Virus record (IMG/VR): IMGVR_UViG_2044078006_000016
Coordinates: 762-64,761 of that record
Strand: one strand, 5' to 3'
DNA: 64,000 nucleotides
Source: a virus
Made by a program: the position numbers and the translations under genes
Part shown: one piece after another, positions 37,679 to 46,514 of the stretch
How the letters are laid out: every line of letters begins with the position of its first letter
Numbering within the stretch: the stretch's first letter is position 1
The notes under the pieces: generated by a model
What the model was told of the DNA's origin: nothing
The model's input: the letters and a program-made list of their open reading frames with translations, nothing else
The model's database searches: none

Positions 37679-38316
37679 GCTGCAGCCCTCTTGAGTTCTC
37701 TTGTCTTTGAACGGTATTCGGCGGTGATGGCCTTGAGTTGATCGACTGTCTCTTTGCGTGGCGTGTGGTCGGCCTCCAGCGCCTCGACAGCCTCCAGGCC
37801 GATGCGAGCAATGAGCCCGGCACGGAAACCCTTAGAAACCGTCTCGCCTTTGCGGGCGAACTTCGACGACCCGGCATTACAGCTTTTACACTGGAGCCAG
37901 ATATTGCTGGGCACCAGCCTTAACTCGGGCCGGGCGCCCTTACCGAGGAAGTGCCCGGCATCAAACGCACCGCCGGTCTTCCATCCCTGGGCCGCCAGGA
38001 TTGATTCCTGCGACTCCCCGCAACTTATGCAGCCGCTGCCGATGCTCAGCTCGTAGGTGCGCCGGTAGTCGCGCATAGCCTTTTCTGCATCCTTGAGGTG
38101 GTCGGCGCGGGTCTTTAGGGCCTCTCTGCGAACCTTGATTTCAGAGCGCCCAACCTGGGCCAGCGCCTTGCGTGCCTTCGGTGCGTGCCTCGGCGCGTCG
38201 ATCATTGCGCAGGCCGGGCTGCAAACCGCCTGACCCATCCGAGAAGGGACGAATGAGGCCCTGCACGTAGCAACGCGGCACTTCTTCGCTTTGGGCTGCT
38301 TGCGCTCGATGCTCAT
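37675..38316 (-). CDS. ninG: NinG/Rap-like recombination endonuclease
   Basis: KKC...C...F.P....Q.VCS..CA; CISCG...DAGHF....A.PELR....NI..QC..CN; LI.RIG...VE.LE. Confidence 0.9.
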   Translation of the reverse strand: MSIERKQPKAKKCRVATCRASFVPSRMGQAVCSPACAMIDAPRHAPKARKALAQVGRSEIKVRREALKTRADHLKDAEKAMRDYRRTYELSIGSGCISCGESQESILAAQGWKTGGAFDAGHFLGKGARPELRLVPSNIWLQCKSCNAGSSKFARKGETVSKGFRAGLIARIGLEAVEALEADHTPRKETVDQLKAITAEYRSKTRELKRAAA

Positions 38317-38489
38317 GCAATCCCCCTGTCGCGGCTCTCGGTGAACAATGGCGCCAGCCCCTCGGCCAGCTTCCAGTCGTGCTTGTTTTTGCAGCCAGTA
38401 GCGCACTGCCGTAGGTTCAGGCTCGGCATGTTGCTCATCGGCTCGCCGCAGTCGGGGCAGCGTTTTCCGTATCCGTTGTCGTGGCTCAC
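38313..38489 (-). CDS. 58-aa Zn-finger-like protein absent from the ORF track (CPDC...C..GC)
   Basis: GTG overlaps the upstream TGA and its TGA overlaps the ninG ATG; GGAGG SD. Confidence 0.7.
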   Translation of the reverse strand: MSHDNGYGKRCPDCGEPMSNMPSLNLRQCATGCKNKHDWKLAEGLAPLFTESRDRGIA

Positions 38490-39001
38490 GCGGCCTCCTT
38501 GAATGCTTCAAATTCTGCCATTTCGGTTAGGCGCTCTTCCGTGAGCGTCGGCCAGTCATGCAGCACCAGGTACGCGCAGCACTGGCGCCAGAAGTCTTGG
38601 AATGTCTCCTCCCCCATTGAGTCGTACGAGAGACTGCGAGGTGTCTTGCGCGTGAGTTGGCCCAGGCCAGGGATATCGAACGCTTCCTCGTCGCAGTACA
38701 CGCCCGACTCCAGCTGCAGAGCCTTGATCGCGTCGTGGGACTGCTTGCCAGAGAACCGGTCGATGTTCTGGCTCAGCACCCGGCCCAGACCATGAACCAA
38801 ACCATTGAACCGTGGGTTGCGCGGCTGTTTGAGGTCCGCACGGATCTTCGCGTTCATCTTGAATTCACGCTCGCGGAGGATCGATCGGTCAGCATCGGAG
38901 GACGGCACGAATGCGGCGACCTCCTTGCCAGTAGCAGGGTCGACCAGACGGCGCAGCACCAGGTGCACGGGCATTGGGCGATGCTTTGCTGGCTTGGTCA
39001 T
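38486..39001 (-). CDS. DUF1367-like (Nin-region) protein
   Basis: KQPRNPRF...PRSLSYDSM.EETFQ motif. Confidence 0.6.
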   Translation of the reverse strand: MTKPAKHRPMPVHLVLRRLVDPATGKEVAAFVPSSDADRSILREREFKMNAKIRADLKQPRNPRFNGLVHGLGRVLSQNIDRFSGKQSHDAIKALQLESGVYCDEEAFDIPGLGQLTRKTPRSLSYDSMGEETFQDFWRQCCAYLVLHDWPTLTEERLTEMAEFEAFKEAA

Positions 39002-39795
39002 TGCGCCGCCCTCTTCGCTTCCAGTTCCTGAGCCTGCCGGATCAGCAGCGCCCGGCGATCCGCCAACTCATTGGCCGCTTCAATCCGCATTTCGGTCTTC
39101 CGCTCGGCGCTGGCCTGGCGCATCTCCAGCATCGAGTTTTTGACCAGTTCCAGCTTCTGGCGCAGCGCTGGTGCAGGCTGGGTGACGGCGCCGGTGAGCA
39201 ATCCAGCAATGGCGCGGCCTTCCTCGGTAACGGGAACAATGCTCAGGTCAGTCAAGTACTTCTGACCGTGCTCTTGGGGGATGCGCTTCAGCTCCACAGC
39301 CTTGGTGACGGCCTGGATGCGGCGGTGGGCGTCGAAGCCCACCGACACATGCCAATTGACTGCCTTCGCATCCTCGCGGGCCTGCCCTACGAAACGCTGG
39401 TAGGCATCAATGAACGCCATGCGCGCACCGATCTTGTCGCCGCCATCCAAGATGGGTTTCGCTGCTGCCAGGGCCAGTTGAATTTCATCGGTCAGCACCA
39501 CGGTTTCAAATTCGTCGTTGGCGGTCATGGCGATTGCCCAGGCCTCGTCCTTGCCCGGGCGCCCGTCGGAGGACTGAACGCGTTGCAGGATGTCGGCCAT
39601 CGCCAGCTTGCCCTTCACCTCGAAGCGGCAGGCCTTCAAGGCAGCTTTGACGACTGGCACCGGGTAGGCGCAGAGGTCTTCGGCCATCATCGCGGCAGTG
39701 CCTGGGTTCATTTCCTGGCCCATGGCCTCGGCTGTGGCGCAGATGGCGGCGGCCAGTCCGGCAACCTGATGGTCGTTCATTTCAGAGGTATTCAT
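38998..39795 (-). CDS. Replication protein P-slot (putative helicase loader)
   Basis: Directly after the initiator; A...M..DL..YP...V..AL..CR...K.KL..ADI...DGRPG.DEAW. Confidence 0.6.
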   Translation of the reverse strand: MNTSEMNDHQVAGLAAAICATAEAMGQEMNPGTAAMMAEDLCAYPVPVVKAALKACRFEVKGKLAMADILQRVQSSDGRPGKDEAWAIAMTANDEFETVVLTDEIQLALAAAKPILDGGDKIGARMAFIDAYQRFVGQAREDAKAVNWHVSVGFDAHRRIQAVTKAVELKRIPQEHGQKYLTDLSIVPVTEEGRAIAGLLTGAVTQPAPALRQKLELVKNSMLEMRQASAERKTEMRIEAANELADRRALLIRQAQELEAKRAAQ

Positions 39796-40711
39796 TGCGG
39801 TCACCTGCTTGGCGTTTGGCCAGGACCATCTGGGCGGCCTGCTCCGCTGCGGAGTGGTTCGCCTCAGTTCGCTCCATCTGGCGGGCGGTGGTGCCGTTGA
39901 TGCGCTGCCCGGTCACCCACTGGGTGTGATAGCTCTCGGCGTTGGCCAGCAGCTCGTTGAGGCTGTGGCACTTGCGCAGCACAGCGGCATCGCTGGTTTT
40001 CAGGAAGTGGGCGGCGACGTGGTGGGCGACATCGGCGCCGAGGCGGTCGACCAGTTGGCCGAGCTGGCCGCCGACTTTGGCGTTCCATACCGGCCAGGCG
40101 CCGTAGCGCTTGCGGTAAGCCATCGCGTAGTTCGCCCAGACCTTGAAGGTTTTGCAGGTCTGGTCTTTGGGGCCCGGCATGTCGGCGGGAATCTCGACCC
40201 GGGGAGTATCGGTGCGGTCAACCACCAGCACCAAGCCACGGGACTGAGCCGGCAGAACCGCGGCGGGAGCCGGGGGTGTAATTGGTTCAATGACGGGTTC
40301 CATGACTGGTTCAAGAGAGTTACTGATTCTGGGTGCAGCTGCTGCACTACCCCCTGGTGCAGGAGATTCACTAGGGGGTGAACCTGCTGCACTACCCGGG
40401 TGAATCTTCTGCGCTACCCCTGGTGCAGGAGGTGCACCACCCCCGTCGAGGGTCAGGAAGTAAACGTTCGACGAATTCCCCTTTGGGCCACCCTTCCGGA
40501 TTTCCTTGCGCAAAAGTCCCGCCTCACACAGGGCGGTGATGTGGTTCATAACAGAGCGCTTGCTGATCTCGCACTGATCGGCGATGTGCTGATAGGACGG
40601 CCAGCACTCGCCTACGTCGCTGGCGTTGTCGGCCAACTTGATCAGCACCAGCTTACGCAGTGGATTACCGACGCGAAGTTTCATCGCGGCGACCATAAGG
40701 CCCATGCTCAT
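39782..40711 (-). CDS. Replication initiator (O-slot) with N-terminal winged HTH
   Basis: KLVLIKLADNA.D.G.CWPSY..IA.QCE.S.RSV..HI..L; contains iterons. Confidence 0.88.
   Translation of the reverse strand: MSMGLMVAAMKLRVGNPLRKLVLIKLADNASDVGECWPSYQHIADQCEISKRSVMNHITALCEAGLLRKEIRKGGPKGNSSNVYFLTLDGGGAPPAPGVAQKIHPGSAAGSPPSESPAPGGSAAAAPRISNSLEPVMEPVIEPITPPAPAAVLPAQSRGLVLVVDRTDTPRVEIPADMPGPKDQTCKTFKVWANYAMAYRKRYGAWPVWNAKVGGQLGQLVDRLGADVAHHVAAHFLKTSDAAVLRKCHSLNELLANAESYHTQWVTGQRINGTTARQMERTEANHSAAEQAAQMVLAKRQAGDRNEYL
40332..40444. repeat. Five iteron-like repeats (phage origin) inside the initiator gene
   Basis: Units begin with GGTG at 40332, 40356, 40377, 40399, 40422; consensus GGTG(C/A)A-N5-T(G/T)CAC(T/C)A(C/G), imperfect dyad. 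Confidence 0.8.
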
Positions 40712-41052
40712 GCTGCACCTCCGGCGAACGCGCGGAAATCAATCGTCCGCACGCCCTTCCAGCTATTGCAGGACATGCAAAGGGTCTGGAGGTTGCCCAA
40801 AGAAGCCTCTCCACCTTGGCTCTCAGGTAAGACTTGATCAGCCCTCAAGCGCATCAGCACCGAACAGCCGCAGCGCAGGCAAGCGTGACCATCGCGAGCG
40901 AATATTTGCGCGCGCAGTCCAGAAGGGACGGGTTTCTTTTTCGTCCGGCGCCGAGGCAGGAGTACGGTAGGCTGGAGGGCGGTGACGTGGCCCATGCGAT
41001 TCGGATTCCACTCCAGCGCCTTTACTTGGTTAATCGTGACGGTGTATTGCAT
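40708..41052 (-). pseudogene. HNH endonuclease-like, probably inactive, fused to the stub of another gene
   Basis: R.QIFARDGHAC..CG...ADQVLP.SQGG....NLQTLC.SCN..K; the usual DH His is Gln. Confidence 0.65.
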
Positions 41053-41194
41053 GTCAAGCCGCCAGCTCAACTGAATGAGGGCTAATGCGCGCCACGTTTT
41101 CAGATTGCGAAAAGCGTGGCGCGAGATTGTTGAGGCTATTGATCGATTGGCTTGTGCTATGCATATAATTGGCCTCACAGTGTGTTAACAAACC

Positions 41195-41220
41195 AGCCGA
41201 CCTCGACCGTCGGCTTTTTT
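41195..41220 (+). terminator. Plus-strand terminator-like hairpin (antisense to pR transcript)
   Basis: AGCCGAC-CTCGACC-GTCGGCTTTTTT. Confidence 0.55.
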
Positions 41221-41294
41221 GTGCCTGGGTTTCAGATCCGCTTAATTCATAGTGCGAACCCGATGGGCACCGATTTCCGCGCATGCGCGGGAAT

Positions 41295-41912
41295 TCAGGA
41301 AACAGATTTCAAATTTCGTTGTGCCGAAGCGAGCAATTGCTCCGCGCGGCGCCCCAGCTCCCCCGCCTTCGCCTCAACCTGGCGGCACTGCTTGGCGAAC
41401 GCTGGCAGATGCGGCAGGTCTTGCTCGCACATCACCTGGTCATCAAACACTTCACTGCCGGTGTCGATCACATCGCCCAGCGCGCGGATCAGCGCACCGA
41501 AGCTTTTGTTCGCGCATTGGTCGCTAGTCATCTGACGGGCGCCGGTCAGACCGTGGCGGCTTGCCAGCTCGTTTACGCAGTGGTCGCGGAATTCAGGCTC
41601 AAGGGCGTTGACCCATGACTCTTCCAGCCAGGACGGCATTTCTTGGTCTCCGGACAGCCAGCGCTGTACACGCTTGAGCCAGCGGCCGGTCGCCTTCACG
41701 AACTCATTTACGTCGGCGGTCAGTTCCGCAGAGTTGAAGTCAGGAACGTCTTTCTTCTGGGCGCGCTCCGGGATCGACAGGTGCAACTCGCGGCTCAAAG
41801 CCTGGGCGAAGTCGTCCTGGCTCAGACTGGTGCGTGCAATCTGGTTTGCAGCGTGGGCGACCAAAACCTGATCACGGGTTTGTATGGTGTGTCTGGAACT
41901 GGACGTTTGCAT
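41295..41912 (-). CDS. CII-slot regulatory protein
   Basis: Directly after cro; contains an HTH-like ...WLKRVQRWLSG..EMP.W segment. Confidence 0.6.
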   Translation of the reverse strand: MQTSSSRHTIQTRDQVLVAHAANQIARTSLSQDDFAQALSRELHLSIPERAQKKDVPDFNSAELTADVNEFVKATGRWLKRVQRWLSGDQEMPSWLEESWVNALEPEFRDHCVNELASRHGLTGARQMTSDQCANKSFGALIRALGDVIDTGSEVFDDQVMCEQDLPHLPAFAKQCRQVEAKAGELGRRAEQLLASAQRNLKSVS

Positions 41913-41962
41913 GGGGCCTGCTCTCTTCTAATCTGGCTTCAATGGAACGGCGGACTGGGATG

Positions 41963-42196
41963 TCAGGCGGCAGAAGCAAGCTCTGGCCAGATCAAATTCC
42001 AATCAGCGGGGCGTAACGACCGGCGACTTAGGGCGCCTGCCGATTCACGCTCAAGCGAAACCGCAAGCGCAGCGGAGGCTTGCTTGTTCCCGTAGGCAAT
42101 TTGTTTCAGGTAGCCGCGAGAGGTCCCGGTGCGCTCGACGGCATCGTCGGAGGCGCTTTTGAGCCACTCCAAAAGCTGGGTGTGCTTAGTTCGCAT
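41963..42196 (-). CDS. cro: Cro-like repressor (YdaS type)
   Basis: GTSRGYLKQIAYG HTH, LRP.DW.LIWPEL; divergent from cI. Confidence 0.88.
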   Translation of the reverse strand: MRTKHTQLLEWLKSASDDAVERTGTSRGYLKQIAYGNKQASAALAVSLERESAGALSRRSLRPADWNLIWPELASAA

Positions 42197-42220
42197 CACG
42201 GTTCTCCTCTGTGACGCGCA

Positions 42221-42299
42221 ATTATTACCGCACGGTAACCACTTAATCAATACCTAATGGTCATTTACCAATGAGTAATGACCCGTAGAGAATCGCAAG
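42221..42299. promoter_or_regulatory. OR region: three operators, pR and a leaderless pRM candidate
   Basis: TTACC-N4-GGTAA-like sites at 42225-38, 42250-63, 42265-78; pR TTGATT-N18-AATAAT (minus); pRM TTACCA-N17-GAGAAT-N6-ATG. Confidence 0.75.
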
Positions 42300-43034
42300 A
42301 TGGATATTCGCGAAGTGCGCAGGCACAACCTAAAAAAGCTGATGGACACCGAATACGGAGTTGGCGCTCGCGGCGCACAGTCGCGCCTCGCAGAAAAGCT
42401 AAAGAAGCCTCAGAACTTCATCTCCAGATGTCTTTTTGAGCGGAAAAAAAACGGCGCAAAAACCATTGGAGAGGACTTCGCACGGGAAATAGAAAGCGAA
42501 TTCGGCCTCGCCAGATACGCGCTAGATGCACCGATTGGTGAAGGCCACGCCACGGAGAGCAGCGCGATTCCTATTGATACGCGAAGAAAGTCTCAGGACG
42601 CCAACTTCATAACCATCCCCCAGCTCGATGTAGCTGGCTCGATGGGGGCCGGAAGAGTGCCGCCTGACCATATTGAGGTGATCAGAGATATTACCGTTCA
42701 CCTTGACTGGCTTAAGACTCAGGGTTTGTCGTATTCCAAGCTAGAGAACCTGGCCATCATCGATGGCGATGGTGACAGCATGGAGGGCACGTTCCGTAAT
42801 GGCGACGCCCTGCTAGTAGATCGCGGCATAACCGAGATCCGAACCGATGCGATCTATGTCTTCACGCTTGAGGGCGAGCTTTTCATTAAGAGGCTTCAGC
42901 GCCTGACAGGCGGCTCCCTGCGCATGATTTCAGACAACCCTGTGTACCCAGCAATCATGATCGAGGGGGATATGCTCGCCAAAGTGCATATCCAGGCTCG
43001 CGTTCTGCTTGCCTGGAATGCTCGCAAGCTATAA
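42300..43034 (+). CDS. cI: CI-like repressor with S24 autopeptidase
   Basis: N-terminal HTH; cleavage-site region AGSMGAG; GDSM (Ser) and IKRL (Lys) dyad. Confidence 0.93.
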   Translation: MDIREVRRHNLKKLMDTEYGVGARGAQSRLAEKLKKPQNFISRCLFERKKNGAKTIGEDFAREIESEFGLARYALDAPIGEGHATESSAIPIDTRRKSQDANFITIPQLDVAGSMGAGRVPPDHIEVIRDITVHLDWLKTQGLSYSKLENLAIIDGDGDSMEGTFRNGDALLVDRGITEIRTDAIYVFTLEGELFIKRLQRLTGGSLRMISDNPVYPAIMIEGDMLAKVHIQARVLLAWNARKL

Positions 43035-43054
43035 CGACCACAAGGAGGTGGTGA

Positions 43055-43636
43055 ATGGGTATGAGATTTCAAAAGCGGATTCAAATACTCCCCTGGGTTT
43101 GGCTAAACATCAGCAAGTCCGGCTTCAGCTTTTCGTTTGGTCCGCCAGGGCTGATCATCAACAAGAGCAAGAAGGGAGTGAGGGTCACTACCGGCCTTCC
43201 AGGGACAGGCCTATCAGCTAGCCATCTGATCAAAGGCGAGCCCGCCAACGAGCAGGAACATGAGCGAGCCCTGGCGGAGGCGCTGGCGAGCGCTGATCAA
43301 ACAATAGCTGATCTAGATGTTCTTCTTTCCGAATGCAGATTCGGTGGCTGGCTGGAAAACTACCTGGATCCTGACAGCTACGCTGCTGACCCTATGTACG
43401 GCAGAGCGGTTATTGCTGCCCTAACAGGGAAGCACCTAAGCGCAGCTTTTGTTGCTCGCCATCTGAATGTGGGCATTGCTCGCGGCAAAAAGCTCGTCGA
43501 ATTGATGGAGGCTGATGGAATTGTTCCAGAGGAGCCTGGCTCGATTAGCCCGAAGTCGCCGCTGGATATTGTGGCACTTAGAGAGTCTTTTGATAGGTAC
43601 GAGGCGGAATCTGGTGAATGGCAGTCCGCGCACTGA
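43055..43636 (+). CDS. DUF4236 - FtsK-gamma-like winged-helix fusion protein
   Basis: MRFQKRI.I.P...LNISKSG.S.S.G...G.PGTGLS (DUF4236); DPMY..AV...SAAFVARHL.VG..RG..LVE.MEADGIV (FtsK gamma). Confidence 0.75.
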   Translation: MGMRFQKRIQILPWVWLNISKSGFSFSFGPPGLIINKSKKGVRVTTGLPGTGLSASHLIKGEPANEQEHERALAEALASADQTIADLDVLLSECRFGGWLENYLDPDSYAADPMYGRAVIAALTGKHLSAAFVARHLNVGIARGKKLVELMEADGIVPEEPGSISPKSPLDIVALRESFDRYEAESGEWQSAH

Positions 43637-43717
43637 GTTTGGAGCCCTAAATGTCTGAATCGCCCCGGGTTTCGTAGACACCTCCATGCCTTAAAATGAG
43701 GCCAATCAGGAGGTGCC

Positions 43718-43997
43718 ATGAGCAACCCGCGTTATCCCGAAGAATTCAAAATCCAAGCAGTCAAATCAAGTGACCGAAAAGAAGCTGCCTGTCGCTGAGG
43801 TAGCGGCCCGTCTCGGCGTGTCGACGAATAGCCTCTATGCCTGGATAAAGCGCTACAGCAAACCTCAAGAAGAACGGCAGCAGGATGATGATCAGCACGC
43901 TGAGCTACGTCGTCTGCGAGCGGAACTCAAGCGGGTGACTGAGGAGCGAGACATATTAAAAAAGGCCGCCGCGTACTTTGCCAAGGAGTGCGGTTGA
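43718..43997 (+). pseudogene. IS3 OrfA, frameshifted by an extra A near 43763-43765
   Basis: MSNPRYPEEFKIQAV runs into a stop; the continuation VTEKKLPVAEVAARLGVS lies in the next frame. Confidence 0.8.
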
Positions 43998-44869
43998 AGT
44001 ACGCCTTTATCAAACAGCACGAGGGCGACTATTCGATTCGACGGCTTTGCATGACGCTGAAAGTCCATTCCTGTGGGTATTACGCCTGGTTGTCTGAGCC
44101 GCAATCTGCACGCGCCAAAGACGGCCAGCGACTGCTGGGTTTGATCAAGCATTCCTGGCTGGAGAGCGGCGGCGTTTATGGCTATCGCAAAATCCACGAC
44201 GATCTGCGCGAGGTCGGAGAGGATTGTGGTCGTCATCGTGTGGCGAGGCTGATGCGTCTTGAAGGTCTGCGTTCTCAGACAGGTTATCGACGCCCCCCTG
44301 GAAAGTACGGCGGTAAGCCAGCGGTCGTCTCACCCAATTTGCTGAAGCGCCAGTTCGATGTTGTGGAACCCAACAAGGTTTGGGTAACCGACATCACGTA
44401 CATTCGTACGTATGAAGGCTGGTTGTATTTGGCGGTGGTACTGCATCTGTATTCTCGGCAGGTCGTTGGCTGGTCAATGAAGTCGCAGATGACCAGTGAT
44501 TTGGCTATTGATGCGTTGTTGATGGCGGTTTGGAGGCGTAAACCGAAGCAAGAGGTGATGGTTCATTCCGACCAAGGCAGCCAGTACAGCAGCTCCGATT
44601 GGCGCAGCTTTTTGGAGGCAAACAATTTGATTGCCAGCATGAGCCGCCGAGGCAACTGTCATGACAACGCCGTGGCGGAGAGCTTTTTCCAGCTTCTGAA
44701 ACGGGAACGAATCAAGCGAAAAATCTACATCACGCGGGAAGATGCTCGGAGTGATGTGTTTGATTACATCGAGATGTTCTACAACGTAAAACGCCGCCAT
44801 GGTTTCAACAATCAGCTGTCACCGGTAGAGTTTGAAAAGCGTTACGCAATGAGCTTGCACGGTGTCTAG
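43988..44869 (+). CDS. IS3 OrfB DDE transposase domain
   Basis: WVTDITYI, HSDQGSQY, ESFFQLLKRE. Confidence 0.92.
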   Translation: MRLKYAFIKQHEGDYSIRRLCMTLKVHSCGYYAWLSEPQSARAKDGQRLLGLIKHSWLESGGVYGYRKIHDDLREVGEDCGRHRVARLMRLEGLRSQTGYRRPPGKYGGKPAVVSPNLLKRQFDVVEPNKVWVTDITYIRTYEGWLYLAVVLHLYSRQVVGWSMKSQMTSDLAIDALLMAVWRRKPKQEVMVHSDQGSQYSSSDWRSFLEANNLIASMSRRGNCHDNAVAESFFQLLKRERIKRKIYITREDARSDVFDYIEMFYNVKRRHGFNNQLSPVEFEKRYAMSLHGV

Positions 44870-45068
44870 AGAATCCGGGGGCGATTCAACCAGCGCACCG
44901 CCGCTGATGTCAGACAAGCAACTGGCCCAGGCGATCGCAACTTCCCTCTGACAGCCACTTCCTAGCCGTCCACGGCGCCGGCCTTCTTGTATCTGCCTTG
45001 CCCTTCAGCAATCTGGCGATCAGCGGCCATTACTCCGCATTCCCATGCACTAAAAATCGAACTGAGCT

Positions 45069-45302
45069 ATGGAGGGAATGCCCATGGAAAAGTCGAAAAC
45101 CGCAGAAGAGATTAGAGCGCTTCTGCTCTCGCAGCGTCCTGACCTGAAAGACGAGCTTGCGAAGATTTCAGACCTTGAGCTTCTGCAGTGCTTGCTCCGA
45201 GCTTACCAATGCGCGATTGATATTAAACAAGCGGACTTGGTGGAGGTCGAGAAGCGCCTGGACGAGGTTGCGAGGGCGCTGTTCTCCCCGGTGCCACACT
45301 GA
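45069..45302 (+). CDS. Small helical hypothetical in the immunity region
   Basis: GGAGGG SD before ATG 45084; followed by a terminator. Confidence 0.6.
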   Translation: MEGMPMEKSKTAEEIRALLLSQRPDLKDELAKISDLELLQCLLRAYQCAIDIKQADLVEVEKRLDEVARALFSPVPH

Positions 45303-45345
45303 CATCACCGCCCCTACGGCATCAGCCCTACCAATCTGAATTCGC

Positions 45346-45371
45346 AGCCCGCCACCGAGCGGGCTTTTTTG
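45346..45371 (+). terminator. Terminator closing the immunity transcript
   Basis: AGCCCGC-CACCGA-GCGGGCTTTTTT. Confidence 0.8.
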
Positions 45372-45389
45372 TGGGCTCCACAAAATTAA

Positions 45390-45432
45390 TTACCATACGG
45401 TATTGACTTGATTTGTTACCACACGGTAATGT
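45390..45432 (+). promoter_or_regulatory. OL operators and pL promoter
   Basis: TTACCATACGGTAT (45390-403), TTACCACACGGTAA (45416-29); TTGACT-N18-TAATGT. Confidence 0.8.
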
Positions 45433-45481
45433 TCACCCATCGCAGCGACTCACAGCCACTGCGAAGGGCATCACAGCCCGC

Positions 45482-45524
45482 CGCTCTTTAACAACATGCG
45501 CCATACACGATTACCGGCGAATCG
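45482..45524 (+). promoter_or_regulatory. nutL-like site: boxA plus candidate hairpin
   Basis: Consensus boxA CGCTCTTTAACA (45482-93); hairpin CGATT-ACCGGCG-AATCG (45508-24). Confidence 0.65.
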
Positions 45525-45768
45525 CTGGGAGGTCAGCCCCGGCTATCACCTGTGGGGCGAGAGGAAGTCAGGTGAACAAAACGCGCTGCCACTACTGGTG
45601 ACCGGCGACAGACAGGCCCGAAAGCCTGCCAACGATGGGATACCCCATACGGCTGTCGAGGTGTTGACCGAACTGGCGAATGACCTGGTAAGCGGCGCGG
45701 GAAGCACCCACAGATTTACTGATGCCGCTTCGATGAGGCGGCATTGGAAATCAACGGAGGGCAACTCG

Positions 45769-45987
45769 ATGTTCAACATGGCAACCATGGCGGCTGACGA
45801 ATGCCGCGAAGACTCGTCTGCACTGGCTTATCGCGACTGGCTGAACAGGGCTGGAAATGTGCTCGGGCATTACGTCGCTGAGGGCTCGCAGGAAGAAAGC
45901 GACCTTTTCGATTTGTATTCGGATGGCTGCATGCCGCGCGAGGCGGTGACTGAATTGCGTGCGCAACAGGCACTGACTGCTGCGTGA
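45769..45987 (+). CDS. Early-left hypothetical
   Basis: GGAGG SD, 72 aa. Confidence 0.7.
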   Translation: MFNMATMAADECREDSSALAYRDWLNRAGNVLGHYVAEGSQEESDLFDLYSDGCMPREAVTELRAQQALTAA

Positions 45988-46044
45988 CGGACATTTTCAC
46001 TGATGCCCATCCAGAGCGGTGGGCATCGGGAAAATAACCGGAGC

Positions 46045-46353
46045 ATGACCATGAACAAAGAACAGATTTACGACGCTCAGATCAGCCCGCTCATGCGGCA
46101 GGTCATCGCGATCTGTAAGGAACACGGCATCGCGATGATGGCGAGCTTTTCCATTGGCCACGATGGCGACGGCCCGAACGGTGAAGACTGCTCGAATTTG
46201 ACGTGCAACACGCTGCTGCCTGATGGAGCTGGCGAGCCATACCCTGTTTTTGCACAGGCGAACGCATTGATCCGCCGTAATGGACGGCCGGCTCCGCTGA
46301 CGTTCACCGCGGAACACGGCGACGGCTCCAAGACCATGACGGCAGTTATCTGA
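46045..46353 (+). CDS. Early-left hypothetical (KEQIYD.QISPLM...I.ICKEHGI)
   Basis: GGAG SD; protein-like composition. Confidence 0.7.
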   Translation: MTMNKEQIYDAQISPLMRQVIAICKEHGIAMMASFSIGHDGDGPNGEDCSNLTCNTLLPDGAGEPYPVFAQANALIRRNGRPAPLTFTAEHGDGSKTMTAVI

Positions 46354-46514
46354 ACAACCAGCGCGACGATAGCCTGTCGTTAAATGCCCGGTCACCTGCA
46401 TGACAAAATTTTCGTACTTTATGGAGCCAATACAATCTAGTAGCTTAGAACTGAAATCCTAAACGTGAAACGGCATACCGCCGCTGCATGATGAACACCT
46501 TAAGGTCTCGTAGA

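Larger units (their letters stand above)
43656..44888 (+). mobile_element. IS3-family insertion sequence, degenerate
   Basis: IRL TGAATCGCCCCGGGTTTCGTAGACACC (43656-82) and IRR (44861-88) with TG...CA ends; orfA/orfB; A6G frameshift site at 43958-64. Confidence 0.93.

Noticed and set aside
40332-40444. Regularly spaced repeats as a mini-CRISPR array
   Set aside because: No unique spacers, units are only 21-24 bp, they lie in frame inside the initiator gene, and no cas genes are present.
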